Assembly: GCA_030627235.1 (NCBI GenBank)
Contig: DAOUSL010000002.1
Location: 366 to 64,365 of the forward strand
Length of the DNA stretch: 64,000 bases
Direction: 5' to 3'
Source of the DNA: Thioploca sp.
GTDB lineage: Bacteria > Pseudomonadota > Gammaproteobacteria > Beggiatoales > Beggiatoaceae
The notes beneath the pieces were generated by a model. The model was not told where the DNA came from and ran no database searches. It saw nothing but the letters and a program-made list of their open reading frames with translations. Position numbers and translations under genes: made by a program. This document shows positions 10,334-20,649 of the stretch, piece after piece (the first letter of the stretch is position 1; each line of letters begins with the position of its first letter).

Positions 10334-10561
10334 GGATTTTCTCCTTAAATTAAAGTATATATAATATAGAAGTGTAGCAATAGATTATTGAATATGCCAA
10401 TTTTTTAATTAATTTATGTTATAGAATTTTTCGATTGGATAAACTACAGCAATATTAAATAATTTGGTAGTCATGAACGAAGTAGTGGTAGTTACTATAA
10501 ACTATAATTAAATTAGTATATTAAAGTATCAAACACTACATTATTCAGGACTACCAATAAT

Positions 10562-11437
10562 TTATGTTAATCCTTTTTTAATAGAAAATTGTTGCTCTGC
10601 ATGATAAGAAGAACGTACTAAAGGTCCACTGGCAATATTTTTAAAACCCATTTTATACCCAAGTTTCGCTAATTCATCAAATTCAGTTGGTAATATATAA
10701 CGTTTTACTGGTAAATGTTCTTTAGTTGGTTGTAAATACTGTCCTAAAGTAATCATTTCACAATTATGGGAACGTAAATTTTCCATAACTTCTAATACTT
10801 CATCAATTTCTTCTCCCAAACCTAACATTAAGCCAGATTTAGTAGTTATTTGTGGATACATGGCTTTAAAATTTTCTATTAATTTCAATGACCAATTATA
10901 ATCAGCTCCTGGACGAACTGATTTATATAAACGTGGTACAGTTTCCACATTATGATTGAATACATTTGGCAGACCCTGTTGGAAAATTTTTAATGCAACA
11001 TCCATTCTGCCTCGAAAATCTGGGACTAATATTTCAATTTGGGTAGATGCAGATATTGCACGAATCTCATTTATACAAGCCACAAAATGACTAGCACCAC
11101 CATCTCGTAAATCATCACGATCTACAGATGTAATTACTGCATACTTTAATTTCATAGCAGTAATTGTATTAGCTAAATTTATTGGTTCATTACTATCAAG
11201 TGGTTTTGGTCGTCCGTGAGATATATCACAAAATGGGCATCTTCTGGTACAAATATTACCCATAACTATAAAAGTGGCTGTACCATTAGTAAAACATTCG
11301 TTTAAATTGGGACAAGAAGCTTCTTCGCATACAGTATGTAAATGATGTTGACGTAATTTACTTCTAACTTTAGTTACTGAATTATTATTAGAAACTTTAA
11401 TGCGTATCCATTTAGGTTTACGGAGTATGTTGTTCAC
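10562..11437 (-). CDS. lipA: lipoyl synthase
   Basis: [13 protein letters not shown] and [13 protein letters not shown] radical-SAM / auxiliary cluster motifs; full-length colinearity with LipA. Confidence 0.95.
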   Translation of the reverse strand: MNNILRKPKWIRIKVSNNNSVTKVRSKLRQHHLHTVCEEASCPNLNECFTNGTATFIVMGNICTRRCPFCDISHGRPKPLDSNEPINLANTITAMKLKYAVITSVDRDDLRDGGASHFVACINEIRAISASTQIEILVPDFRGRMDVALKIFQQGLPNVFNHNVETVPRLYKSVRPGADYNWSLKLIENFKAMYPQITTKSGLMLGLGEEIDEVLEVMENLRSHNCEMITLGQYLQPTKEHLPVKRYILPTEFDELAKLGYKMGFKNIASGPLVRSSYHAEQQFSIKKGLT

Positions 11438-11523
11438 TATTATAAATTATTGAGTTAAATGTTATTAAAATAGGTGATAATTCTTAATTAAATTCAAAAT
11501 CAATTACTTATATTAGACATCAC

Positions 11524-11586
11524 GTAGGATGTAATGAGTTTACGAATTACATCTTGATGCAATTCCCTTCGTTCATTGCATCCTAC
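11524..11586 (+). repeat. 63-nt inverted REP doublet (REPIN-like), copy A
   Basis: GTAG-GATGTAAT-gagtttacga-ATTACATC-tt-GATGCAAT-tcccttcgttc-ATTGCATC-CTAC. It forms two 8-bp hairpins and each strand starts with GTAG. Confidence 0.8.
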
Positions 11587-11711
11587 ATATATCCTTATTT
11601 AGGAATTATGTCTAATATCTTTCAAATTTTAGTAGTCTTGAATAGAAGATTATAAAAAATCGTTCCAATATAAAAGGACAATCATAAAATATTACTCCCA
11701 CGTAATAATTC

Positions 11712-11737
11712 GTAGGGGTAATCTCTTGTGGTTGCCC
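11712..11737 (+). repeat. GTAG-headed imperfect hairpin (second REP-like type)
   Basis: GTAG GGGTAA tctcttgtgg TTGCCC in the same intergenic region as copy A. Confidence 0.35.
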
Positions 11738-11787
11738 TAATTAATTTGATGATATTAACATTCTTTATTAAAAAGTTAATCTATTAG

Positions 11788-12516
11788 TTACATCAAATCC
11801 TGATAAGCACTGTAAAGTCGCAATACTTTTTTAACATAGTTTCTAGTTTCCTTATATGGTGGAATTTTGTTGCCATAACGCTTTACTGCATTTTCACCGG
11901 CATTATAAGCAGCTAAAGCTAAACGTAAATTATTGTTAAATAAACCAATTAAATGACTTAAATATTTAGCTCCACCATAAACATTTTGTTTAGCATTAGT
12001 ACGATCTTTTACTCCAAAACGTCTGGCTGTTGCTGGCATAAGTTGCATTAAACCAACAGCTCCTTTAGGAGAAACTGCTTTAGGATTAAACGCTGATTCA
12101 GTTTGAATTACTGCATGTAATAAGGCTGGCTCTAAGTTAGTCCTATTAGCAACATCCCCAATTAAACTGCCATAATTACTATACTTACGGTGAATTTTAG
12201 CCCGAGAACCTCGAGAACCAATAGAAGTGGAATATGCTGGTAAAGTTACACCACCAATATAAATTAATTGGTAACTAGAATTATTAGGTTTATCAGTTAG
12301 ATGAATAGTACCTTTGACATCCACATATTTATAAATTTTTAATGATCCATCTTTTTCTTTATACTTAGGCTGAGCATGAATTTTTACTTTAGAACGGTAA
12401 GTTGGTGGCTTATCAGTATAATGGCGAGTTCCATTAGAATCTAAATAACTATAGATTTTACTCGCTAATACTTGATTACTACATAAAATTATTGCTAAAA
12501 AAATTATTCGTTTCAT
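11788..12516 (-). CDS. lytic transglycosylase (SLT domain) with DUF4124-like N-terminal repeats
   Basis: QTESAFNPKAVSPKGAVGLMQLMPATARRFG and AAYNAGENAV are SLT motifs. Two Y.Y.D..G..H.TDKP repeats are present. The ATG at 12516 gives the signal peptide MKRIIFLAIILCSNQVLA. Confidence 0.8.
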   Translation of the reverse strand: MKRIIFLAIILCSNQVLASKIYSYLDSNGTRHYTDKPPTYRSKVKIHAQPKYKEKDGSLKIYKYVDVKGTIHLTDKPNNSSYQLIYIGGVTLPAYSTSIGSRGSRAKIHRKYSNYGSLIGDVANRTNLEPALLHAVIQTESAFNPKAVSPKGAVGLMQLMPATARRFGVKDRTNAKQNVYGGAKYLSHLIGLFNNNLRLALAAYNAGENAVKRYGNKIPPYKETRNYVKKVLRLYSAYQDLM

Positions 12517-12769
12517 AATATTAGCTTTTATTAGTAAGCTAGAAATTGGAAGACTTAATTGTCTTAAATTTTGTTTTAGCAACTTATGCTATACAAATCT
12601 TTTTTTAAAATATGAAAAATAAATTACAACAACCATAATAATTTAACAGTTGCAGTTTATATTCCTAATTATATCCTGATAATTCTATATTTCTGGATGT
12701 GTTGAATTAAACTACTAGAATTTAAGCCAATTATATTTATAACTGCAATACCTTAGCCAATGTCAAAAT

Positions 12770-12850
12770 GTTTCGGGAATGAGGTACGATTTCCCTAAAT
12801 CCTGATATTACTTAGGTTTCGGGAAATCCACTATGTTCCATTCCCGAAAC
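12770..12850. repeat. 81-nt nested hairpin element
   Basis: Outer 12-bp perfect stem GTTTCGGGAATG (12770-12781) / CATTCCCGAAAC (12839-12850). Inner stem GATTTCCC (12788-12795) / GGGAAATC (12821-12828). Confidence 0.6.
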
Positions 12851-13131
12851 AACTAACTAATCATCATTAGCATTTATCATAAATATTTGATATATTCTTA
12901 GATTATCTTATCATTAAACTGATCAGAGATAAATGTAACATACCCGAATACCATAAAAATATAACGTAATTTTATGTTTATAAAAAGTTATAATTAAATT
13001 TTGTTCACTGATAGAATTGATAATATTGTTGAAAAGAGTAAAATCCAATATAACCATTCTATTAAATGGTATAATAAAAAAATCGAATTTAATAATGTTC
13101 CATTAATTATATACATCCTGCACAGATAATA

Positions 13132-14325
13132 ATGCATTATAAATATCAAGCAATAGACACTCAACAACAAGAAGTCAGTGGAATTTTAACTGCTGATACA
13201 GAACGAGAAGCAGCTCGCCAGTTAAAACAACGAGACCTTACTCCAATTAATATTACAATAATTAGTAATACTAAAGTTCGGAGTAATAGCAAACCCAAAC
13301 AGCGTGATGTACTAATTGTATTACATGAACTTGCTACTTTGTTAGAATCAGGAGTTCCACTAATAGATGCAGTAGAATCTTTAGCTAATTCGTCTCATCA
13401 TCCATTCATAACTCAAACATTTGCTGATATCTCTGCTGAATTAAGGCATGGAAAAGCATTTTCTAGTGCTTTACAAGCATGTCCATTAGAATTACCATGG
13501 TACGTAACTCAATTAGTGGAGGCTGGTGAATTAACTGGTAAAATTGCTATTGCATTGCGAGATGGTGTTGATCAAATGGAATATGATGCTAAAGTTGCCA
13601 ATGAAATGCGAAATGCGATGATTTATCCAGTGATATTAATTTTATCTGGCATCAGTGCAGTATTAATGATATTTATCGTCGTAGTCCCACGGTTTGCTGG
13701 TATTCTTAAAGGTAAAGTAGATGAGATACCAATGTTAGCTCAAATGGTTTTAGGAACTGGCATGTTTTTAAATAAAAATTTTGACTTAGTGATTGGAGGG
13801 CTGGTAGTATTATTAGTTATTATTACTTATATAGTTAGTCAACCGAATTTGCGAGCTAAAATTAAAGATGCCACTGCCAAATTACCATTTTTAGGTATAT
13901 GGATAATTGAAGCTGAAGCAGCCCGTTGGTCAGCAATGTTGGGGACTTTATTGGAAAACAAGGTTTCTTTACTAAAAGCATTAGAACTAGCTAAACAAGG
14001 GATTAAATTGCCAAGTTTAAATGCTAGACTTACTCAAGTTAATAAAGCTGTAAAAGCTGGTACTAGTTTATCCAAAGCCTTGCAAGATAATGATGCTATG
14101 ACTACTACTGGCCATAATCTTATTAGAGCTGGTGAAAGAGCTGGTGAATTACCACGTATGTTGCGTTCTTTATCCAAGTTATTAGAGGAGAGTAGTAGAA
14201 CTCGGATGAAGCGTTTTTTATTATTAATCGAACCATTAGCAATTTTATTAATAGGTGGAGTAATAGGAGTGATTATTACTGGGGTGATTTTAGCAATTAC
14301 CAGCGTAAATAAAGTAGCATTTTGA
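13132..14325 (+). CDS. GspF/PilC-family platform protein (type II secretion / type IV pilus)
   Basis: About 400 aa with three TM regions and duplicated T2SSF-type helical domains (LATLLESGVPLIDAVESLA; LGTLLENKVSLLKALELA). Confidence 0.8.
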   Translation: MHYKYQAIDTQQQEVSGILTADTEREAARQLKQRDLTPINITIISNTKVRSNSKPKQRDVLIVLHELATLLESGVPLIDAVESLANSSHHPFITQTFADISAELRHGKAFSSALQACPLELPWYVTQLVEAGELTGKIAIALRDGVDQMEYDAKVANEMRNAMIYPVILILSGISAVLMIFIVVVPRFAGILKGKVDEIPMLAQMVLGTGMFLNKNFDLVIGGLVVLLVIITYIVSQPNLRAKIKDATAKLPFLGIWIIEAEAARWSAMLGTLLENKVSLLKALELAKQGIKLPSLNARLTQVNKAVKAGTSLSKALQDNDAMTTTGHNLIRAGERAGELPRMLRSLSKLLEESSRTRMKRFLLLIEPLAILLIGGVIGVIITGVILAITSVNKVAF

Positions 14326-14326
14326 T

Positions 14327-14830
14327 ATGAATATTTTCTTAATAGGGCCAATGGGAGTAGGAAAGACCACGATTGGTCATTATTTATCAGACCATCTAAA
14401 ACTAGATTTTATAGATAGTGATCATGAAATTGAGAAACAAGCTGGTGTAACAATCCCAATGATTTTTGAATTTGAAAGTGAGCTTGGGTTTAGAAGGCGA
14501 GAACGTGCTGTAATCAATGAATTGACTCAACAAAATAATATCGTATTATCTACTGGTGGTGGAGTAGTGCTAGATAAAAATAATCGTCGATACTTGAAAA
14601 AACGTGGTTATGTAATCTATTTATCTGCTTCAGTGAACGAATTATTAGAACGTACTTCCCACAGTCATAACCGACCTTTATTGCAAACTGGCAATCCTCG
14701 GGAAAAAATAACTAACTTACTTGCAGAACGCCATCCATTATATAAAATGACATCAGATTATATTATAGACACAACTCAAAAAAGCATTCGTCAAGTGATT
14801 AAATTAATCTTAGGACATTTAAAAAAATGA
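14327..14830 (+). CDS. aroK: shikimate kinase
   Basis: [19 protein letters not shown]; STGGGVV; RPLL. Confidence 0.9.
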   Translation: MNIFLIGPMGVGKTTIGHYLSDHLKLDFIDSDHEIEKQAGVTIPMIFEFESELGFRRRERAVINELTQQNNIVLSTGGGVVLDKNNRRYLKKRGYVIYLSASVNELLERTSHSHNRPLLQTGNPREKITNLLAERHPLYKMTSDYIIDTTQKSIRQVIKLILGHLKK

Positions 14831-15906
14831 ATACATTGCAAGTAGATTTAGGTACACGTAGCTACCCTATTTATATTGGTCAAAATCTATTAAGACAGTC
14901 TAATTTAATTGCTCCACATATTCAAAGTAAACAAGTTTTAATAGTGACTAATGAAACAGTAGCTCCATTATATTTAAATAAAGTTATTAATACATTAGAT
15001 GATTTTGAAATTAAAACAGTAATTTTACCAGATGGAGAACAATATAAGAATTTAATAGTATTAAACCAAATTTTTGATACTTTACTGCGTCAACATTTTA
15101 ATCGGCAAACTACCTTAATTGCACTAGGTGGTGGAGTAGTTGGAGATATGACTGGATTTGCTGCTGCTTGTTATCAAAGAGGGGTAGATTTTATTCAAAT
15201 TCCAACCACTTTATTGGCTCAAGTTGATTCTTCAGTTGGTGGTAAAACTGGAGTCAACCATTCATTAGGTAAAAATATGATTGGGGCATTTTATCAACCT
15301 AAAAGTGTATTGATAGATACCGAAACATTAAAAACTTTAGATAATAGACAATTTAGTGCAGGACTAGCAGAAGTAATTAAATATGGTTTAATCAATGATT
15401 TAGAATTTTTTGAATGGTTAGAAACCAATATGACGATCTTATTAAAACAAGATTCACAAGCTCTAAGTTTTGCAATTGCTAGATCTTGTCAAAATAAAGC
15501 CGATATTGTAGCTGAAGATGAGAAAGAAAGTGGCAAAAGAGCCTTATTAAATTTAGGTCACACTTTTGGTCATGCGATAGAAACAGGAGCTGGTTATGGA
15601 AAATATTTACATGGTGAAGCTATAGCAATTGGAATAAAACTAGCAGCTCAATTTTCAGCTCTCTTAGGTTGGTTAGATGATTCTACTGTATCACGGATTA
15701 TTAATTTATTAGCAAAAGCAGATTTACCAACTGAAATACCTAAAGAATTAACTGGTTCACAAATGTTAGAATTGATGCAAGTTGATAAAAAAGTTATAGA
15801 TGGTAAAATTCGTTTGGTATTAATGCAAGACTTAGGTAAATCAGTTGTTACAGATCAATTTGATATACAAGAGTTAACTGTTTTTTTGCAGGAATTTGGT
15901 GAATAA
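14827..15906 (+). CDS. aroB: 3-dehydroquinate synthase
   Basis: [45 protein letters not shown]; [12 protein letters not shown]. Confidence 0.95.
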   Translation: MNTLQVDLGTRSYPIYIGQNLLRQSNLIAPHIQSKQVLIVTNETVAPLYLNKVINTLDDFEIKTVILPDGEQYKNLIVLNQIFDTLLRQHFNRQTTLIALGGGVVGDMTGFAAACYQRGVDFIQIPTTLLAQVDSSVGGKTGVNHSLGKNMIGAFYQPKSVLIDTETLKTLDNRQFSAGLAEVIKYGLINDLEFFEWLETNMTILLKQDSQALSFAIARSCQNKADIVAEDEKESGKRALLNLGHTFGHAIETGAGYGKYLHGEAIAIGIKLAAQFSALLGWLDDSTVSRIINLLAKADLPTEIPKELTGSQMLELMQVDKKVIDGKIRLVLMQDLGKSVVTDQFDIQELTVFLQEFGE

Positions 15907-15936
15907 TATTTATTACTATTTTTCAAGAGATATAAT

Positions 15937-16236
15937 ATGTTATATGCAATTATAAGTGAAGATGTTCCTAATAGTTTAGAAGCTAGACTTAAAACTCGCC
16001 CAGCTCATTTAGAACGTTTAAAAACTTTACAATCACAAGGACGTTTGTTATTAGCAGGCCCACATCCAGCAATTGATGTCAATGACCCAGGTTCAGCCGG
16101 ATTTACTGGTAGTTTAGTAGTAGCAGAATTTTCTTCACAAGAAGTTGCTAATGAATGGGCAAATGCTGATCCCTATAATGAAGCTGGAATTTATGCTAAA
16201 ATTATTGTTAAACCGTTTAAGAAAGTGTTACCATAA
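15937..16236 (+). CDS. YciI family protein
   Basis: 99 aa; [22 protein letters not shown]...DPY..AG.Y pattern of the YciI-like fold. Confidence 0.75.
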   Translation: MLYAIISEDVPNSLEARLKTRPAHLERLKTLQSQGRLLLAGPHPAIDVNDPGSAGFTGSLVVAEFSSQEVANEWANADPYNEAGIYAKIIVKPFKKVLP

Positions 16237-16341
16237 GATTTATTATATAATCATCTATTTATAAATATACTGCTATGTTAAATCATGTTAGAGAACAAAA
16301 ATAATGCAATTTGATTTTGGTAAGAACTGGTTCTAATAATT

Positions 16342-17148
16342 ATGAATATTGAATATCTTTTAGCTCGTTTTGTTAGAAAATTTACACCAGAATATCTGTT
16401 CAATTTTTTCTTGCAAAAAGGAATTTTCATAAAACCAGGAATTGAAACAAGTAATCCTAATGAAGCTTTATCACAGTATTTAAATGTCCTAAATAAACAG
16501 GATATTTCTATTGTAGGAAAAAAATGTTTATTGTTTGGATATGGCGGAAATTTTGGACTGGGTTGTATGTTATTAGAAAAAGGGGCAAAACATGTTATTC
16601 TAATGGATAAATATGCACATCCAAATACTAAACGTAATCTAGCTCTTTTGCCACGTTATGAAAAATATTTAGAATATACTGACAAAGAAATCTTGCCTCG
16701 TTCTGATTACATAACTTTACATCATGAAGACATTCAAAAACTTTCTACTACTGTGGATATTGTGTTAAGCTCATCAGTTTTTGAGCATGTAGAAGATGTG
16801 GAAGAAGTAACACAAGCATTAGCTGCTTTGATGAATCCAAAAGGTGTACAAGTACATTTTATAGATTTACGTGATCATTTTTTTAAGTATCCATTTGAAA
16901 TGCTTTGTTATTCTGAAAAGATATGGTATAAATGGTTAAATCCATCAAGTTACCTAAATCGGTACAGAATGTTTGATTATCAACGTGTTTTTGAACAAAA
17001 TTTTACAAATGTTGAAATAATAGTATTAGAAAGAAATATGGATGTATTTAAAAAAGTACAGTCTCGTGTACGCAAAGAATTTCTCAGTAATGTAACTGAA
17101 ATAGATTCTATAACAAGTATTTTAGTAATTGTTAAAGGGACTCCGTAG
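16342..17148 (+). CDS. class I SAM-dependent methyltransferase
   Basis: LLFGYGGNFGLGCMLLEKGAKHVILMD (motif I) and VLSSSVFEHVED. Confidence 0.65.
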   Translation: MNIEYLLARFVRKFTPEYLFNFFLQKGIFIKPGIETSNPNEALSQYLNVLNKQDISIVGKKCLLFGYGGNFGLGCMLLEKGAKHVILMDKYAHPNTKRNLALLPRYEKYLEYTDKEILPRSDYITLHHEDIQKLSTTVDIVLSSSVFEHVEDVEEVTQALAALMNPKGVQVHFIDLRDHFFKYPFEMLCYSEKIWYKWLNPSSYLNRYRMFDYQRVFEQNFTNVEIIVLERNMDVFKKVQSRVRKEFLSNVTEIDSITSILVIVKGTP

Positions 17149-17151
17149 GTA

Positions 17152-18276
17152 ATGCGTATATTGGTTCTCAACTATGAATTTCCTCCAGTTGGTGGAGGTG
17201 GTGGGCGTGTTGCAGAAGATATTTGTCACTCTTTAGCCAAACGAGGGCATGAGATTCGGGTTATAACGGCTTATGTTAAAAATTTGCCCAAGATTGAGCA
17301 AAAAAATGGTTATAAAATTTTTCGCATTTTCTCTTTTCGGCAACGAAAAGAAACTTGTACCGTTTGGGAAATGGCATTTTTCTTAGGGTTTGCTTTATTG
17401 CCTTGTTTGAAACAAGCCATAATATGGAAACCTGATGTAATACATGTGCATTTTGCAGTTCCAACCGGCGTTTTAGCTTATCTAGTTAATTTGATAACCC
17501 GTATTCCTTATGTGCTGACAGTACATTTAGGTGATGTGCCGGGAGGCGTACCGGAACAAACTAATCGACTTTTTAAAATAATCAAACCCTTGACTATTCC
17601 CATTTGGCAACGTGCTTCTGCTATTATTGCTGTCAGCAATTTTATTCGAGAATTAGCTTTAAAATCTTATGATGTCACTATAGAAACATTATTCAATGGT
17701 ATTGAACTCAATAAATATCGACAAAACACTTTACCAGTTAATAACCCCAAACGCATCGTATTTGTTGGGCGGTTTGAACGACAGAAGAATTTGATTTTTT
17801 TACTGGATGTATTAACCAGCGTTTCTGATCTGGACTGGGAATTAGATATGTTAGGAGATGGCCCACTTATGTTGGCAGTACAACAAAAGCTAGAACAAAC
17901 CAATCTTACTAAAAAAGTCAGGTTACATGGATGGGTTAATCAAACAGCTGTGGACACCATTATGAGTCAAGCTGATATTTTAGTTTTACCTTCTACCTCA
18001 GAAGGAATGCCAGTAGTAGGGGCCCTTGCTCTTGCTCAGGGTTTAGCCATACTTGGTAGTGATATTGGAGGGCTTTTCGATATAGTGAAACCAGGAGTCA
18101 ATGGATTTCTTTGCCCAGTTAATAATCACGATGTTTTTAAGACAGCATTAAAAACAATGTTAACAAATGAGAAGCTATTAAATGATATGAAGATTGCCAG
18201 CAAACAACACGCACATCAATTTAATCTAGTGGAGATTGTTGGACAATACGAAGATATTTTTAATTCTATTAAATAA
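17152..18276 (+). CDS. glycosyltransferase family 4 (GT-B)
   Basis: MRILVLNYEFPPVGGGGGRV; PSTSEGMPVVGALALAQGLAILGSDIGGLFDIVKPGVNGFL (EX7E-type motif). Confidence 0.85.
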   Translation: MRILVLNYEFPPVGGGGGRVAEDICHSLAKRGHEIRVITAYVKNLPKIEQKNGYKIFRIFSFRQRKETCTVWEMAFFLGFALLPCLKQAIIWKPDVIHVHFAVPTGVLAYLVNLITRIPYVLTVHLGDVPGGVPEQTNRLFKIIKPLTIPIWQRASAIIAVSNFIRELALKSYDVTIETLFNGIELNKYRQNTLPVNNPKRIVFVGRFERQKNLIFLLDVLTSVSDLDWELDMLGDGPLMLAVQQKLEQTNLTKKVRLHGWVNQTAVDTIMSQADILVLPSTSEGMPVVGALALAQGLAILGSDIGGLFDIVKPGVNGFLCPVNNHDVFKTALKTMLTNEKLLNDMKIASKQHAHQFNLVEIVGQYEDIFNSIK

Positions 18277-18291
18277 CCTGGATAATATTTG

Positions 18292-20310
18292 ATGAATAAT
18301 ATGATTTACATGAATTTTGTTGAATTTATTTTCTTTTTGCTATCTTTAGGGCTGGTATTTCTTGTCGCTTTAAAAAATTTAAACTCCATCATTAAGAGTC
18401 TAGCAGTTACTATATTAGTAATACCCATTTTATATTTATCTATAGAAGGAACCACTCAATTTTTAACCACTGATGAGGCATATATATTTACAGAAGTCAT
18501 AAATATACACAATTCAGGTATGGAGCAGTGGTATATGTCTGCCAATCGTACTTCTGATGCAGTTATAGGTACTTTTTTGAGTTTATTTCAAAAGTATACT
18601 CATTATGGAAGGATAATGGACTCAAATGAACTAATTATGTTCAGTAAGGCGGTCCGTTGGTTTGTTGGTTTTTTAATTATTATTGCGATATATGGATTAC
18701 TCAATAAATACTACATTGCTGAAAATCAGAGAGTTTCCTATTTTATTATTTATTTTTATTCTGTGCTTTCTTTGCCAGTCAGTCTTATTGCCCTGAAAAT
18801 TGCTAATTACGATCTCCTTTCTATGTTACTTGGAACATTGGCAATCATTCTACTCTTAAGGGCACTTCAAATAAAAAGTGATAGACACGCCTTAGTGGGG
18901 ATTATAATCAGCTTATTAGCCACACAAGAAAAACTTATTGCTTATCCCATATTAGCATTTTCATTGATTATTTTTACTTACCTAAAACTTGAACAAACTG
19001 AAAATAGGAATTATAAAACCTCTTTTTATTATTCATTTTACGCCATTTTCATCGCTTTTTTGACCAGTTTGACGACATTTTTAATTGTGGCAATGGCAGC
19101 AAGAAATGGTCATATTCCCCACATCAGTTTTTATGATGTCATTGTTCCAATAGTAGGTGCTTCTGCTAGCATCATAAGAAGACTTATAGTAGGTGGTGAT
19201 TTTTCGGAAACAATTCTCCCCCCTTCTTTCTTGTTAATATTATTGACTGGCTTTATTATCAGTTATGTGTCTTTGGTCTTAATTAAAATTAAACCTTGGT
19301 TGATAAACTTATTTTTTCCTTGGTTGAAAGGGAATATGAGATTGATAAGTATAATAACTATTTTTATGGTATTTTTAGTAGGGGTTGTTGGTACATATTC
19401 AATAGAAACCGTTTTTGCTAGTCTATTTCTTCCTGCTCAAGAAGGACAATATGTACCCCCCTATTCATTTAATAACAATGCTTTCTATTATGATGCTACC
19501 AGTAAGTTTGAATATTTCATTTATTCTATTGCTCATGCTTACGCCATTTTTACCAATAGTATTCCCTCTATTTACCTTGTCATATTGTTATTAGTATGGA
19601 ATCAAAGACATAAGAGAGAATGCTTTTCTGGTTGGGGAATCATATTATTACTAGTGTTGGTAATGCCATTAGTTTATGCACTTACTTATACTCCGATGCA
19701 ACCTAGATATTTTAATCTGTTTTTATTTACACTAATTTTGATTATTGGAATAGAAATGAGTAAAATTATGAGTTACTATAAAAATATCATCCAGTTAGTT
19801 TTAGTTTCTGTATTTGTCGTTTCTCTGCTCATTGAAATATTACCTTTTCGACCTATTTTCGGTGCCTTTAGACCAATATGGAGTCATTCATTCAATGCAT
19901 TGCCAAGTAAAGGAACTATCCAGCCTATTTATTGGGGGTGGGGAGATTCACTATTTCTCGCAGGAAAAAAAATAGAAAAAATGATGGCTGAAGGTCAAAT
20001 CAAAAATGATAAAGTCCGTCTTTACTTTCCTTATTTTGGAACATGGATTAATTCAAATAAGGCTATAACAATTTATAACTTTTATACAATTGGGGATTGG
20101 GAAGCTAAACATTTTGATACTTCCTTTGTCAAACTTATGCACTTTACAAAATCAGATTATTTATTGGTTAATAATGGAATAATTGTTAGGGGATTAATCC
20201 CTTTTTTTAAGGATATAAAACCCATTTTCACAATATCATATCGTGGTTATACTCAAGCATGGGTATATAGAGGGGATCAGATTAAACATAAGTTTAAAAA
20301 GCTTCGATAA
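18292..20310 (+). CDS. large polytopic membrane protein, possible GT-C-type glycosyltransferase or polymerase
   Basis: Translation is strongly hydrophobic with many predicted TM helices (not counted); glycan-locus context. No specific family recognised. Confidence 0.5.
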   Translation: MNNMIYMNFVEFIFFLLSLGLVFLVALKNLNSIIKSLAVTILVIPILYLSIEGTTQFLTTDEAYIFTEVINIHNSGMEQWYMSANRTSDAVIGTFLSLFQKYTHYGRIMDSNELIMFSKAVRWFVGFLIIIAIYGLLNKYYIAENQRVSYFIIYFYSVLSLPVSLIALKIANYDLLSMLLGTLAIILLLRALQIKSDRHALVGIIISLLATQEKLIAYPILAFSLIIFTYLKLEQTENRNYKTSFYYSFYAIFIAFLTSLTTFLIVAMAARNGHIPHISFYDVIVPIVGASASIIRRLIVGGDFSETILPPSFLLILLTGFIISYVSLVLIKIKPWLINLFFPWLKGNMRLISIITIFMVFLVGVVGTYSIETVFASLFLPAQEGQYVPPYSFNNNAFYYDATSKFEYFIYSIAHAYAIFTNSIPSIYLVILLLVWNQRHKRECFSGWGIILLLVLVMPLVYALTYTPMQPRYFNLFLFTLILIIGIEMSKIMSYYKNIIQLVLVSVFVVSLLIEILPFRPIFGAFRPIWSHSFNALPSKGTIQPIYWGWGDSLFLAGKKIEKMMAEGQIKNDKVRLYFPYFGTWINSNKAITIYNFYTIGDWEAKHFDTSFVKLMHFTKSDYLLVNNGIIVRGLIPFFKDIKPIFTISYRGYTQAWVYRGDQIKHKFKKLR

Positions 20311-20649
20311 AGAGAAATCAAGTTATTTTTAGGTAACTCCAACAAAATATTATGTCTGACTTCAATATCAGAGTGAAATTGGTATTTTATTATTTAGGAA
20401 TTGCCTTAATTACTTTTTTCAAAATGAAAATATTAATAAAATTAATAAGCTGTGTTAAATCGGTATAAATTCTGTTGTTTATTGTGAAAATATCTATACT
20501 ATTCTAGTATAATGAATGCTAGAAGTGAACCACTACCACCTAGAAGAACGGTAGATTCAAAAGAGGAGCTATAGCCCCGTAATACCTTACAGCTATAACT
20601 CAATTCTAATGTTCTAAACCATTTATGGGACTATAAATAATTTTAACTT

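Noticed and set aside
10466-10496. TGGTAGTCATGAACGAAGTAGTGGTAGTTAC, which shares an 11-nt string (ATGAACGAAGT) with the loop of REP copy B
   Set aside because: There is no flanking stem or GTAG-hairpin architecture. An 11-nt match alone is weak, so at best this is a highly degenerate relic.
20352-20468. 38-codon hydrophobic small ORF (MSDFNIRVKLVFYYLGIALITFFKMKILIKLISCVKSV) in the gap before ddhC
   Set aside because: It has no Shine-Dalgarno sequence and no recognisable family, and short hydrophobic ORFs arise easily in T-rich sequence. It may be a remnant but cannot be supported.
20547-20554. AACGGTAG upstream of ddhC as a possible ops/JUMPStart (GGCGGTAG) RfaH-recruitment element, with a TATAAT at 20508-20513
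   Set aside because: Only the CGGTAG hexamer matches, and a 6-mer is expected by chance fairly often in a 340-bp gap. Without a known rfaH gene or conservation, the call is not supportable.
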